Assembly: GCA_049325335.1 (NCBI GenBank)
Contig: JBMOMC010000043.1
Location: 80,262-144,261, forward strand
Direction of reading: 5' to 3'
Length of the DNA: 64,000 bases
Origin: Nitrospirota bacterium
GTDB taxonomy: Bacteria; Nitrospirota; Nitrospiria; 2-01-FULL-66-17
The notes beneath the pieces were generated by a model. That model worked only from the letters and a program-made list of their open reading frames with translations, had not been told where the DNA came from and ran no database searches. Positions 37,553 through 47,552 of the stretch are shown piece after piece. How positions within the stretch are numbered: position 1 is the stretch's first letter; every line of letters starts with the position of its first letter. The position numbers and the translations under genes were made by a program.

Positions 37553-38752
37553 TTACGCGGGCGCGCCGCCGGCCGGCTCGGTGCTCGGGGTCGCGGCCAC
37601 GGGCTCCGTCATCGCGCCGGATGGATCGTCCGCGGGCGCCGGAGAGGTTGCTGGTGCTTGGGCCGTGAGGTGCTGCACGACGCGAACCCTGATCGATTGC
37701 GCCACGTACAAGTTCACCGAATCCGCGCCCGCCTGATCAGCCGCCTGCCCGACCAGCGCGTCCAGAAAGTGAGTGATCGTGTCGAACAAACTGGACGTCA
37801 GATGCCGCGCGCTCATCACGGCCGCGGAAATCTGTGACGCGGCGGCCTGCGCCACGGCATCCAGCGGCGATGCGCTGACTACGGGCGTCATGGGCGCGGG
37901 TGATCCGGCCGCGGGTGCGGGCGTGGGCGGTGCAACAGGATCCGCCTTGGCGGAGGCGGCGCCCGCAACGTCGGGCGCCGGGGACGGCGGCGTCAACGGC
38001 GCAACCGTCGTGTCCGCGACCGGAGGTGCGCTGTCGGCGGGTGCGGTCATCGGCGAGGACGCCGGATCGGGTCCTGGTGCGGGCGCGTGCTCCGCCGCCT
38101 GCCGATAAAATGCGATTTGTTGCGTGACCTGATACGAACTCTTCACGCGCACGAGAAGATCCAGCGCGCCGGACGGCGCGGGCGCGCCCGTGCCGCCCGC
38201 GGTTTCCGACGGAACGGGATCACCCGCTTCGGCGGCCGGGGGCTCGGCCGGTGTCGGCGCGGGAACCACGTACGTGGCGCTCACCTTGCTCGAATAGGTC
38301 AAGGCCCCGGTGACCGCGGAGATGGAGTCGAGCCCGTCCAGGGCGCTCAACGACAACCCGGCCGCCGAGGCCCCGTCCGGTGCCGCGCTCATGGCGCGGT
38401 TGAAGACCTCTTCGATGGTGCCGAGAAGGCTGTCGATATCCGCGAGTTCCTGATCGCTCAAGGTGCCTTGGATGGAAAGACTGAACTGTTGTCTCAACGA
38501 GGCGCGGAGCACGGTGGTGCCGGCGTCGTCCCCGTAGCGACCGCACCGATCATAGGTGCCGCAGGAGACGCGAAGCGATGAGCGCCCGGAGATCGTGACC
38601 ACATCGCCTTCCGTGGTCAGCACGGTGAGCTGCGCCCCGACCTTGGTTTTGAGTTTGGCCCGGATCGGGTCACCCAACAACGACGGGGCGCTGCCTGTTC
38701 CCGCTGCGGGGAGTGAGACGCTGGTTGTGGTCGGATCTGCGATGGTGCTCAT
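37553..38752 (-). CDS. Pro/Ala-rich hypothetical protein (possibly flagellar regulon)
   Basis: L.V.T.EGDVVTIS…FSLSIQG.L…EL.DI core; GGAGG RBS; sigma-28-like promoter upstream. Confidence 0.65.
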   Translation of the reverse strand: MSTIADPTTTSVSLPAAGTGSAPSLLGDPIRAKLKTKVGAQLTVLTTEGDVVTISGRSSLRVSCGTYDRCGRYGDDAGTTVLRASLRQQFSLSIQGTLSDQELADIDSLLGTIEEVFNRAMSAAPDGASAAGLSLSALDGLDSISAVTGALTYSSKVSATYVVPAPTPAEPPAAEAGDPVPSETAGGTGAPAPSGALDLLVRVKSSYQVTQQIAFYRQAAEHAPAPGPDPASSPMTAPADSAPPVADTTVAPLTPPSPAPDVAGAASAKADPVAPPTPAPAAGSPAPMTPVVSASPLDAVAQAAASQISAAVMSARHLTSSLFDTITHFLDALVGQAADQAGADSVNLYVAQSIRVRVVQHLTAQAPATSPAPADDPSGAMTEPVAATPSTEPAGGAPA

Positions 38753-38798
38753 GGCGTGCCCTCCGTGGTCGCCGGTTGCGCGGATGGTCCTGCTCTCT

Positions 38799-38825
38799 TT
38801 ATCGGAGGCGGGAGGAAAAACTTGA
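38799..38825 (-). promoter_or_regulatory. Sigma-28 (FliA)-like promoter
   Basis: Minus strand TCAAG-N14-TCCGATAA (consensus -10 GCCGATAA). Confidence 0.65.
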
Positions 38826-38845
38826 GGACGAAGCGGGATCGAACG

Positions 38846-39595
38846 CTAGAACGAGTACGTGACGCTGAAAATCATGCCGATGAACGTGTCGGAATCGTCA
38901 CTTGAGCTATCCGCAAACCGTTGGTACTTGTACGCTTCGGCGATCGTGACCGGCCACGTCTGGAGTCGGTACGCGACACCGATTTCACCGGAAGGACCGC
39001 CGAACGAACTCGTGGCGCTCCCGGTGTTCCGCTGGAGGAACACGTAGGTGGCGTTGCCGTACAACGCGAACCGAGTGCGCCCGAGCGCGTAACTTCCTAA
39101 GGCGCCGATAAACGGGCCGGATGACGTGACGTTGCTGCGCGTGCCGGACCCACTGGCGCTTGTCTGGGGCGGGGTGAAGTAGTCGTAGGTGACCTGCTTG
39201 TACCCGGCGATTGCCCCGAAATTTGGCGTCAGGTAGTACCCCGTGGTCAGGTCAAGATCCGTACGCGTGGCAACGATGGGCGCGTCATTCACCCCGACGG
39301 GACTGGTCGTGAGGTCGATCTGTGTGTATGGGAACAACATTTCGCCGGTGAAATACGTTGCACCAACAAAAGCCTTCTTGTACCGCGCGATGGCCACGGG
39401 TCCATACATCACACCCAGGAAAGATCGAAGCTCTCCGCTACTGTTCACGGCAACCCAGTCAGCCGCCCATGCCTTGACTCCCACGGAGTACCGGATCGGT
39501 TCGGCCCGGCTGAGGGACGAGGTGATGACGACGAGCGTAACCACCGTGAGTAGTTGGATCCAGAGTATCACGCGATTCACGATCACTCTCCTCAT
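38846..39595 (-). CDS. Outer-membrane beta-barrel protein
   Basis: Signal peptide SRA-E; amphipathic aromatic strands; C-terminal beta-signal FSVTYSF. Confidence 0.75.
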   Translation of the reverse strand: MRRVIVNRVILWIQLLTVVTLVVITSSLSRAEPIRYSVGVKAWAADWVAVNSSGELRSFLGVMYGPVAIARYKKAFVGATYFTGEMLFPYTQIDLTTSPVGVNDAPIVATRTDLDLTTGYYLTPNFGAIAGYKQVTYDYFTPPQTSASGSGTRSNVTSSGPFIGALGSYALGRTRFALYGNATYVFLQRNTGSATSSFGGPSGEIGVAYRLQTWPVTIAEAYKYQRFADSSSDDSDTFIGMIFSVTYSF

Positions 39596-39601
39596 CGAGA
39601 A

Positions 39602-41287
39602 TTAGGGTAGCAGCGGAAGCGGGGCGTCCTCGTGGATCGGAGGTGTCACCGGTGAGGCGGTGGTGGTCGGCGGCGTCACACGCGCCGGAACCGGCGGTGC
39701 GGTCGGTATGGGTTTGGCTTGTAATACCGGTTTAGGCGCACTGGCCACCGGGCGACTCGTGGTGGATGGCGTGCTCGACGTGGCCGCGGCCGGCCGCGGG
39801 ACAGTCGGGGTCGTAGCCGCGGCCTCACGCGTGGTCACGGGAACATCCCGGGCCGCGGCCTTTGCCCGCACGATGTCCCGCACGCGTTTGGGACGTTTGG
39901 CGGGCGCGGGAGACACGGTTTCGGTTGCCGGTACGTCGGGCTCCGGCGGCGTGGTAACCAGGTCCACGGATGGTTCGTCAGCGGTCGCGTTGATAGGCGG
40001 CTCCTCGATCAATGGGGCCGTTGTCGCAACCGACTGCGCGGGCGGTTCAACAATCGGCTGGGCGATCGGTTCGGGGGCCAATGCCGCCGGCGCGGCGGTT
40101 GGTTCCACGGTCGAAGGTCGTTTGAGCGACCAGGCGCCGACCGCGGTCAACGCGATCAACGCGACCACGCCCAGTCCGATCACGGCCTGTCGCCCTCGGC
40201 CGGCGGGTTTCGGCGGTGGAACCGGGGCCGAGACCGGCTGCGGTTTCGGCATGGCGCGAGCCGGTTCAGCGGGCGTCTCGGGCGTCGGCCGTTTCACGGT
40301 CGGCGTGGCCGTGGTCTTGGTGACCGTGGTGACCTGTTGATACGCCGCGGTATCGGTCTCGATGTCCTTTTCAAACAGCGTCCGCACGTACTCGGCCAGC
40401 TCCCGCGCGCTCGGTGGAGCGGCGAGACGGCGCAGGTAGTTCTGGAGCGCGTCTTCGAACGCCTGGCCGTGCGGATACCGATCATCCGGTTGTTTGGCCA
40501 GGGCTTTGAGCACCACCGCGTCCAACTCCGGCGGGACCTGGGTGTTCACGCGCGACGGTGGGGTCACGTCCGCGGTCCGTACGCGCTCCAGCGTGCTGAA
40601 TTCGTTCTCGGCCTTGAACAGGCGCTGCCCGGTCAACATTTCGTGCAACACGATGCCGAGCGCAAAGAGGTCCGAGCGGTGGTCGATGGTTTTGCCCCAG
40701 GCCTGTTCCGGCGAGAGGTACGCGAGTTTGCCTTTGAGCACGCCGGTCTGCGTGTGGGTGGACGAGGACCCGGCCTTGGCGATCCCGAAGTCCACCAATT
40801 TCACGTCCCCGTTGTACCCGATCAAGATGTTCTGCGGACTGATATCGCGGTGGATGATCCCGAGCGCGGCGCCGGAAGCCGTGGCGCCGCGATAGGCGTG
40901 ATCGAGCCCCGCCGCGATCCGTGCCGTGACGTACGCGGCCGCGGAGACCGGGACGGGTTTGCCGAGCTTGTGGCTCTGGGCCAGGACAGCCGCGAGGCTC
41001 TTGCCCATCACGTATTCCATCGCGATGTAGTAGGTGCCGAGCACCGCGCCGAAGTCATAGATCTGGACCACGTTGGGATGCGTAATTTGGGCCGCGAGTT
41101 TGGCCTCGTTCACGAACATCTGCACGAACTCGCGGTCTTCGGTGAGGTGCGGTAGGATCCGCTTGATGGCGACCACGCGTTCGAATCCGGCCACGCCGGT
41201 CTGGCGCGCCAGGTACAGCTCGGCCATGCCGCCGCGGCCGATCTTCTTCAATAAATGGTACGGTCCGAACCGTTCCGGAGTGGTCAC
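39602..41287 (-). CDS. Hanks-type Ser/Thr protein kinase with TM helix and Pro-rich C-terminus
   Basis: IGRGGMAELY, VAIK, HRDISPQN, DFG, YLSPEQ, SDLF motifs. Confidence 0.95.
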   Translation of the reverse strand: MTTPERFGPYHLLKKIGRGGMAELYLARQTGVAGFERVVAIKRILPHLTEDREFVQMFVNEAKLAAQITHPNVVQIYDFGAVLGTYYIAMEYVMGKSLAAVLAQSHKLGKPVPVSAAAYVTARIAAGLDHAYRGATASGAALGIIHRDISPQNILIGYNGDVKLVDFGIAKAGSSSTHTQTGVLKGKLAYLSPEQAWGKTIDHRSDLFALGIVLHEMLTGQRLFKAENEFSTLERVRTADVTPPSRVNTQVPPELDAVVLKALAKQPDDRYPHGQAFEDALQNYLRRLAAPPSARELAEYVRTLFEKDIETDTAAYQQVTTVTKTTATPTVKRPTPETPAEPARAMPKPQPVSAPVPPPKPAGRGRQAVIGLGVVALIALTAVGAWSLKRPSTVEPTAAPAALAPEPIAQPIVEPPAQSVATTAPLIEEPPINATADEPSVDLVTTPPEPDVPATETVSPAPAKRPKRVRDIVRAKAAARDVPVTTREAAATTPTVPRPAAATSSTPSTTSRPVASAPKPVLQAKPIPTAPPVPARVTPPTTTASPVTPPIHEDAPLPLLP

Positions 41288-41415
41288 CACGCCTCCCTGC
41301 TTCGGGACGGTGAGTAAGAATAGCACACGATTTTTAAACGTCTTGTTCCCCTTGATCGCACCATGGGGCGCGTCTACAATGCCGCGGATTCCATTCGTTC
41401 GTACAGGGGGGACCT

Positions 41416-41757
41416 ATGCCTATCACGCTCCAGACCGTACTCCTCCTCACGCTCTCGAACGTCTTCATGACCTTCGCGTGGTATGCCCACCTCAAAAATC
41501 TGAGCGGCCATCCCTGGTACATCGCGGCCCTAGTCAGTTGGGGGATCGCGTTGTTCGAGTATCTGCTGCAGGTGCCCGCCAATCGCATTGGATACCAGGC
41601 GTTGAGTCTGGCGCAGCTCAAGATTCTCCAAGAAGTGATTACGTTGGTCGTGTTCGTCCCGTTTGCAATGTGGTTCATGGGACAGCCCCTGAAATGGAAC
41701 TTCCTCTGGGCGGGGTGCTGCCTGGTGGGCGCGGTGTACTTTATGTTCAAAGGGTGA
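41416..41757 (+). CDS. DMT family membrane protein (DUF486-like)
   Basis: SNVFMTFAWYAHL, SWGIALFEY.LQVPANRIG, QLKILQEVITL. Confidence 0.92.
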   Translation: MPITLQTVLLLTLSNVFMTFAWYAHLKNLSGHPWYIAALVSWGIALFEYLLQVPANRIGYQALSLAQLKILQEVITLVVFVPFAMWFMGQPLKWNFLWAGCCLVGAVYFMFKG

Positions 41758-41829
41758 GTGCGCGGGGCGCGTTGCCTTGACCGGTTTGCGTTGATCGTGC
41801 GAAGATGCGGCGCTTTGGGGGGGCGGATT

Positions 41830-42585
41830 GTGCGGTATTTGCGCGTAGCGCAGCAGGATGGGGCGACGTACGGGCGGCTCGACGGCGACGTCATTCGCTT
41901 GATCGAGGGCGACTTGTTCGGGGCGTATCGGGTCACCGAGCGAACCGTGCCGCTGGCGTCGGCGCGGCTGTTGACGCCCTGTGTGCCGACCAAAATCGTG
42001 GCCATCGGCGTCAACTACAAAGATCACGCCGCGGAGTTCAAGAAAGATTTGCCGGAGGAACCGTTGATGTTCCTCAAGCCCCCGAGCGCGCTGCTGGCGC
42101 CGGAGGAGGCGATCGTGTATCCGGAAGGCATGACGCGCCGGATGGACTTTGAGGGTGAACTCGCGGTGGTGATCCGCAAGCGCATACGTCACGCCACGAT
42201 GGAACAGGCCGCGGCCGCGATTTTGGGCTACACCTGCTGCAACGACGTCACGGCGCGTGATCTACAGAAAAAAGACGGGCAGTGGAGCCGGGCCAAGGGG
42301 TTCGATACATTCTGCCCGTTGGGGCCGGTGATCGCCACCGAGCTCGACCCGTCGCAGTTGCGGATTGAAACGCGGCTCAATGGGGAGGTCAAACAGGACG
42401 CGCCGGTGTCGGCCATGATTTTCGACGTGCCCACGCTGATCAGCCGCGTATCCGCGGTGATGAGCCTGATGCCCGGCGACGTGATCACCACGGGCACGCC
42501 GTCCGGGGTGGGGCCGATGAAGCCGGGCGACGTGGTCGAGGTGCGTATCGAGGGGATCGGTACGTTGCGCAATCGAGTAGTGTAA
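41830..42585 (+). CDS. Fumarylacetoacetate hydrolase family protein
   Basis: KIVAIGVNY..H, FLKP, DFEGEL, NDVTARD, KGFDTFCPLGP, TGTPSGVG. Confidence 0.95.
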   Translation: MRYLRVAQQDGATYGRLDGDVIRLIEGDLFGAYRVTERTVPLASARLLTPCVPTKIVAIGVNYKDHAAEFKKDLPEEPLMFLKPPSALLAPEEAIVYPEGMTRRMDFEGELAVVIRKRIRHATMEQAAAAILGYTCCNDVTARDLQKKDGQWSRAKGFDTFCPLGPVIATELDPSQLRIETRLNGEVKQDAPVSAMIFDVPTLISRVSAVMSLMPGDVITTGTPSGVGPMKPGDVVEVRIEGIGTLRNRVV

Positions 42586-42612
42586 CGAGTTCACGCGAGC
42601 ACGAGGAACCGT

Positions 42613-43848
42613 ATGGCTGCATCCTATATTCAGAAAACGTTTGCCGAGCGAATCGGCGGGGCCAGGTTCGGCAAATCCACCAAGATCTACAAGTTCGAGA
42701 AGATCAAACGCGCCAAAGCCGCTGCGCAGAAGGCGCACCCCGGCGTTGAGTTGCTCGACTTCGGGGTGGGTGAGCCGGATGACATGGCGTTTCCGGGCGT
42801 GGTCGAGGCGCTCCAGCGCGAGGCCGCGCGGTGGGAGAACCGCGGGTACGCGGACAACGGGATCGCGGAGTTCAAAGATGCCGCGGCGCGTTATCTGGAT
42901 CGCGTGTTCGGCTCGTCGGGCATTGACCCGCCGACCGAGGTGATCCATTCGATCGGCTCCAAGCCTGCGTTGGCCATGCTCCCGGCGTGTTTTATCAATC
43001 CGGGCGACGTGGCGATCGTCACCGTGCCCGGGTATCCGGTGATGGCCACGCATACCAAGTGGTACGGCGGACGCGTGGTCGAGCTGCCGCTCACACAGGA
43101 ACGCAATTACCTGCCGGACCTCGGCGCACTCAAGGCGTCGGATCTCAAGCGGGCCAAACTCTTGTACCTGAATTACCCCAACAATCCCACGGGCGCGTCC
43201 GCGACCCGCGAGTTCTATCAAGACGTCATCAAGTTCGCAAAAAGACACAAACTGATCGTGGTGGTCGATGCGGCCTACGCGTCCCTGACATACGGCGAGA
43301 CGCCGTTCAGTTTTTTGTCGCTCCCTGGAGCCAAGGACGTGGGTGTTGAACTGCATTCATTGTCCAAGGCGTACAATATGACGGGCTGGCGCCTTGGGTT
43401 TGTCGCGGGTAATCCCCTGGTCGTGTCCGCGTTCGGCATGGTCAAGGACAACTGCGACTCGGGGCAGTTCAAGGCGATCCAGCGCGCGGGCATCCACGCG
43501 TTGGAGCACCCCGAGATCACGGCCGCAATCGGCCGCAAGTACGAGCGCCGATTGCGCCGCATGGTGGACGCGCTCGGTGCGGTGGGATTCGACGTGACCA
43601 TGCCGCGCGGCTCGTTCTTTCTGTATACGCGAGCGCCCAAAGGGGTCACCGGCGGTCGGAAATTCAAGAGTGCGGAGGACGTCTCGGAGTTTTTGATCAC
43701 GGAGAAATTGATCTCCACGGTGCCGTGGGACGACGTGGGTCGGTATCTGCGGTTCTCCGCCACGTTCTTGGCGAAGGATGAAACGGACGAGCGGCGGGTG
43801 CTGGATGAGTTGAAGAGTCGGCTGTCGGATTTGGGATTAATGTTTTGA
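42613..43848 (+). CDS. dapL: LL-diaminopimelate aminotransferase
   Basis: FAERIGG..FG…YKFEKIKRAK N-terminus; NYPNNPTG, DAAY, SLSKAYNMTGWRLG. Confidence 0.85.
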   Translation: MAASYIQKTFAERIGGARFGKSTKIYKFEKIKRAKAAAQKAHPGVELLDFGVGEPDDMAFPGVVEALQREAARWENRGYADNGIAEFKDAAARYLDRVFGSSGIDPPTEVIHSIGSKPALAMLPACFINPGDVAIVTVPGYPVMATHTKWYGGRVVELPLTQERNYLPDLGALKASDLKRAKLLYLNYPNNPTGASATREFYQDVIKFAKRHKLIVVVDAAYASLTYGETPFSFLSLPGAKDVGVELHSLSKAYNMTGWRLGFVAGNPLVVSAFGMVKDNCDSGQFKAIQRAGIHALEHPEITAAIGRKYERRLRRMVDALGAVGFDVTMPRGSFFLYTRAPKGVTGGRKFKSAEDVSEFLITEKLISTVPWDDVGRYLRFSATFLAKDETDERRVLDELKSRLSDLGLMF

Positions 43849-43883
43849 GGGTGCATTCTCGGGAGCCATTGACGGTCTGGCAG

Positions 43884-43911
43884 GTAGGGGCGCACGGCCG
43901 TGCGCCCCTAC
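43884..43911. repeat. GTAG-type REP palindrome
   Basis: Perfect 28-bp palindrome GTAGGGGCGCACGGCCGTGCGCCCCTAC. Confidence 0.8.
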
Positions 43912-43918
43912 AACGGCG

Positions 43919-44437
43919 ATGACCACAGCAATTCGGGCGTACATCGGCATCGGGTCGAACGTGGGCGATCGGTTCGCACACTGTTTGGCCGCGGTCGAGG
44001 CGCTCAATCGCTTGGGCGGGACCCGGGTAATGGCCTGCTCGCGCTGGTACGAAACCGAGCCGGTTGGCGAAGTGGCGCAGGACTGGTTCCTGAACGGGGC
44101 GGTGGGCGTCGATACCGCGTTGTCGCCACACGAGTTGCTGGCGCGCTGTCGGGACATCGAAGGCACGCGCGGCCGGGACCGCGCGCGAGAAATTCCTCGC
44201 GGCCCGCGCCCCTTGGACCTGGACATCCTGTTGTTCGGGGATCAAGTCATTACCACGCCCGACCTCCGCGTTCCCCACCCGCGCATGACGGAGCGCGCGT
44301 TCGTGCTGGTTCCGCTGGATGACATTGCGCCGCGCGCCATGCATCCCGCGTTCACACGGACCATCGGTGAGTTGCGCGCCGCGCTCGTCGACACTCACCA
44401 GATACGGTTGTATGAGGCGGTGCCTCGGTCCGCGTGA
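43919..44437 (+). CDS. folK: 6-hydroxymethyl-7,8-dihydropterin pyrophosphokinase
   Basis: YIGIGSNVG, YETEP, FLN, GPRPLDLDIL, PHPRM.ERAFVL.PL. Confidence 0.95.
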   Translation: MTTAIRAYIGIGSNVGDRFAHCLAAVEALNRLGGTRVMACSRWYETEPVGEVAQDWFLNGAVGVDTALSPHELLARCRDIEGTRGRDRAREIPRGPRPLDLDILLFGDQVITTPDLRVPHPRMTERAFVLVPLDDIAPRAMHPAFTRTIGELRAALVDTHQIRLYEAVPRSA

Positions 44438-44458
44438 CCGGGGTCGTTCGATCGAGGG

Positions 44459-45091
44459 ATGGAGCCGAAGTACCTGGTGGTGGAAGGGCCGATCGGCGTT
44501 GGGAAGACCAGCCTGGTCACGCTGCTCGCGGAACAGCTCAACGGCACCGCGATCCTGGAGGAATCCGAGAATAACCCGTTTCTGGTCCGGTTTTACCGCG
44601 ATCAGCGGCGGTGGGCGTTCCAGACCCAGTTGTTCTTTCTGCTGTCGCGGTATCGGCAGCAGGACGAAATGGCGCAGCACGACCTGTTTTCCAGCGTCAC
44701 CATCACCGACGTATTCCTACCCAAGGATCGGATCTTCGCCGTGCTGAACCTCACCCCGGACGAGATGGTGCTCTACGACCAAGTCTACGGGTTGCTGCGC
44801 AGCCGGTTGCCCAAGCCGGATCTGGTGATCTACCTGCACGCGGAGACCGACGCGCTCATGCGGCGGGTGAAACAACGGGGCCGGGAGTACGAGAAAGACA
44901 TCACGTGGGAGTACCTCGACGAACTCGGCCGGGCGTATAACGAGTTTTTCTTCTCATACAACGACACGCCGTTGCTGGTGATTCAAACCACGGATATCGA
45001 CTTCGTGAACAATCCGAGCGACCTCTCGGACCTGATTCGGCAAATCCGCCAGATGAAGGGCGGGGTGCAATACTATGTGCCGGCGGGGTGA
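44459..45091 (+). CDS. Deoxynucleoside kinase
   Basis: VEGPIGVGKT, NPFL..FY, FQTQLFFL, PDLVIYL.A, RGREYE. Confidence 0.93.
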   Translation: MEPKYLVVEGPIGVGKTSLVTLLAEQLNGTAILEESENNPFLVRFYRDQRRWAFQTQLFFLLSRYRQQDEMAQHDLFSSVTITDVFLPKDRIFAVLNLTPDEMVLYDQVYGLLRSRLPKPDLVIYLHAETDALMRRVKQRGREYEKDITWEYLDELGRAYNEFFFSYNDTPLLVIQTTDIDFVNNPSDLSDLIRQIRQMKGGVQYYVPAG

Positions 45092-45963
45092 GTGCGCCTG
45101 ATCGGGTCGTGTTGACGCTGCCCACGGCCGCGGACATGCGACGTTGGTCGGATGCGGAACGTCGCGCGGGCCGAACCATCGGATTCGTGCCCACCATGGG
45201 CGCGCTCCATCACGGGCACGCCAGCCTCATACGCGCGGCCCGGACCGCATGCGATCGGGTCGTGGTCAGCATCTTTGTGAATCCCACCCAGTTCGGGCCC
45301 ACCGAAGATTTCGGCCGGTATCCGAGAACGTTCGACGCCGACCGCGCCCTGTGCGAACGCGACGGCGCGGACGCGGTGTTCGCGCCGTCGGTCGAGGACA
45401 TGTACCCGCCGGGCGGCGAGACCTTCGTAGACGTCGGGCCGCTTGGTGCGGTCCTGTGCGGGGCCTCGCGCCCAGGGCATTTTCGCGGCGTGGCCACGGT
45501 CGTCGCCAAACTGTTCGCCATCGTCACACCCCATCGGGCCTATTTTGGACAAAAAGACTACCAACAGACCGTGGTGATCAGGCGGCTGGCCCTGGATCTC
45601 CGGCTGGGTATTGATATTGTGGTCTGCCCCACGGTGCGGGATGCCGACGGCCTGGCGGCCAGTTCCCGCAACGCGTATCTCACGCCTGAGGAACGAAAAC
45701 TCGCGCTCCAGGTGCCCGCGGCATTGGCTGAAGCCGGCCGGCTGATCGCGGCCGGGGAGCGATCGGGCGGGAAGATTCGGCACGCGCTGGAGGTCTTCCT
45801 GACGAATGCGCCAGGGGTCCGCGTGGACTACGCGGCCGTGGTGCATCCGGACACGCTGCAGCCGCTGGAGCGGCTGGCCGGCCGGGTGGTCGTAGCGCTG
45901 GCCGTGCGGGTGGGCAACACGCGCTTGATCGACAACGGGGTATTCGAGGTACACGATGCGTAA
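45088..45963 (+). CDS. panC: Pantothenate synthetase
   Basis: VPTMGALH.GH, SIFVNPTQF, RPGHF.GV, FGQKDYQQ, SSRN, RLIDN. Confidence 0.97.
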   Translation: MSAPDRVVLTLPTAADMRRWSDAERRAGRTIGFVPTMGALHHGHASLIRAARTACDRVVVSIFVNPTQFGPTEDFGRYPRTFDADRALCERDGADAVFAPSVEDMYPPGGETFVDVGPLGAVLCGASRPGHFRGVATVVAKLFAIVTPHRAYFGQKDYQQTVVIRRLALDLRLGIDIVVCPTVRDADGLAASSRNAYLTPEERKLALQVPAALAEAGRLIAAGERSGGKIRHALEVFLTNAPGVRVDYAAVVHPDTLQPLERLAGRVVVALAVRVGNTRLIDNGVFEVHDA

Positions 45964-47467
45964 TATGACGGGCGGTTGGAGACGGTGGGCCAAAGGGGCC
46001 GCGATCACCTTGTGCTCCGCGCTGGTCGCGTGCGGCGGCGGAGGGGGTGGTGGGGGCGGCAACAACTCCGGCGGAGGCGTTCAGATTTCGCCGAGTAATG
46101 CCACGGTCCCTGCCGGCGGACGTTTGCAGTTTACCGGCCCGAGCGGATCAACGACGTGGTCGGTCGACAACATCCCGGGCGGGTCGTTGTCCGTCGGGGG
46201 CATCAGCGGAACCGGCTTGTATCTGGCCCCGGTCAAGGTCCCCAGCGCCAATACCGTGGCCGACCCTCAGGTATCAGCCGCGCTGACGATCACGGCCGAC
46301 GGGGCGGACAATGCCGCGACCGTGACGTTGGTCAGCCGGTTCGAGGCTCCATCCACGCTCAATGTGTGTGCACCCGGACCGTGCTCCGCCGAACGGCCCA
46401 ACGCGGTAGTGATGGCGGATCTCAATTCCGATGGTCGTTCCGATATCGCGACGGCAAATGTAGGGACCGGGACTGTGTCCGTGCTCCAATCCGTGGCCGC
46501 CGGTTCCTTTGCCGCGCCGCTTCGCTACGACGTGGGCGATGCATTCGTCTCGGAGCCCCAAGCTCTGGCAGCGGCGTACGTTGACGGCGATGTGGTGATG
46601 GATCTGGTGATGGCGGACGCGAACTTTTCCGACCCCTCGGTATCGGTTCGCTTGGGAAACGGGGATGGAACGTTACAGGCCGAACAGAAGGCGGGCCTTC
46701 CGCCAGGGAGTGATCCATTGTCCATGGCGACGGGCGTATTGATGAACGGCGACTTGATGCGCGACGTCGTGATCGCCAATTTTTCCGCCAACAGCGTGAT
46801 GGTGCTCACCGGCGACGGGTCGGGGCAGCTTGTAGCGCCGACGCCGATATTGGCGGGTTATGTTGATGGCCCTTTAGGCGTAGCGGTCGGCGATTTGAAC
46901 CACGACGGGTTGGATGATGTCGTGATCGCGAACAGCGGCGTGATGACGGGATCTCCGGGGGCTGGGTTAGTGGTTGGACTCAACGCGGCGTCGGATCCGT
47001 TCGCGACTCCTGGAAACTATCCCGTGGCCGGCTCCCCGAGCGCGGTCGCGCTGGCAGACCTGAATGCGGACGGTTATCTGGACGCCTTGGTGACGGACGC
47101 TGCCGGGTACACCTTGACTGTGTTTCTGAATCAGAAGACATCGGGATCCGCGACGATCTTGCTCGAATCGCCGGCCGGGCCCATCCAGACCGGCCGGGAA
47201 CCCATTGCCGTTGCCGCCGCGGATATCAACCTCGATGGAGCTCAGGACGTGGTGGTTGCCAATCGCCAAGACAATTCCGTGACGATCTACTTCGGCCTGA
47301 ACGACGGCACGCTCGCGCTTGCCGAAACGTATCGGGTGGGCGCGGCGCCTCAGGCCGTGGCCATGGGCGACGTGGACGCGGACGGCTGGTTCGATCTGGC
47401 GGTGGTCAATCGCGACGACGGCACCGTGTCGGTGTTGCATAACCGTGGCGGCGCGACGACCCCCTGA
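45956..47467 (+). CDS. Lipoprotein with Ig-like domain and FG-GAP/VCBS repeats
   Basis: Lipobox LVA-C + poly-Gly; repeated D.N.DG..D…AN motifs. Confidence 0.87.
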   Translation: MRNMTGGWRRWAKGAAITLCSALVACGGGGGGGGGNNSGGGVQISPSNATVPAGGRLQFTGPSGSTTWSVDNIPGGSLSVGGISGTGLYLAPVKVPSANTVADPQVSAALTITADGADNAATVTLVSRFEAPSTLNVCAPGPCSAERPNAVVMADLNSDGRSDIATANVGTGTVSVLQSVAAGSFAAPLRYDVGDAFVSEPQALAAAYVDGDVVMDLVMADANFSDPSVSVRLGNGDGTLQAEQKAGLPPGSDPLSMATGVLMNGDLMRDVVIANFSANSVMVLTGDGSGQLVAPTPILAGYVDGPLGVAVGDLNHDGLDDVVIANSGVMTGSPGAGLVVGLNAASDPFATPGNYPVAGSPSAVALADLNADGYLDALVTDAAGYTLTVFLNQKTSGSATILLESPAGPIQTGREPIAVAAADINLDGAQDVVVANRQDNSVTIYFGLNDGTLALAETYRVGAAPQAVAMGDVDADGWFDLAVVNRDDGTVSVLHNRGGATTP

Positions 47468-47552
47468 CAGGTTTGACATCACCCCGTTGTCTTGATAGGG
47501 TACGCCCGGCGCGCGGGGCGGCCCGCGCAGACTGATTTGGTATCCTGAGGGT

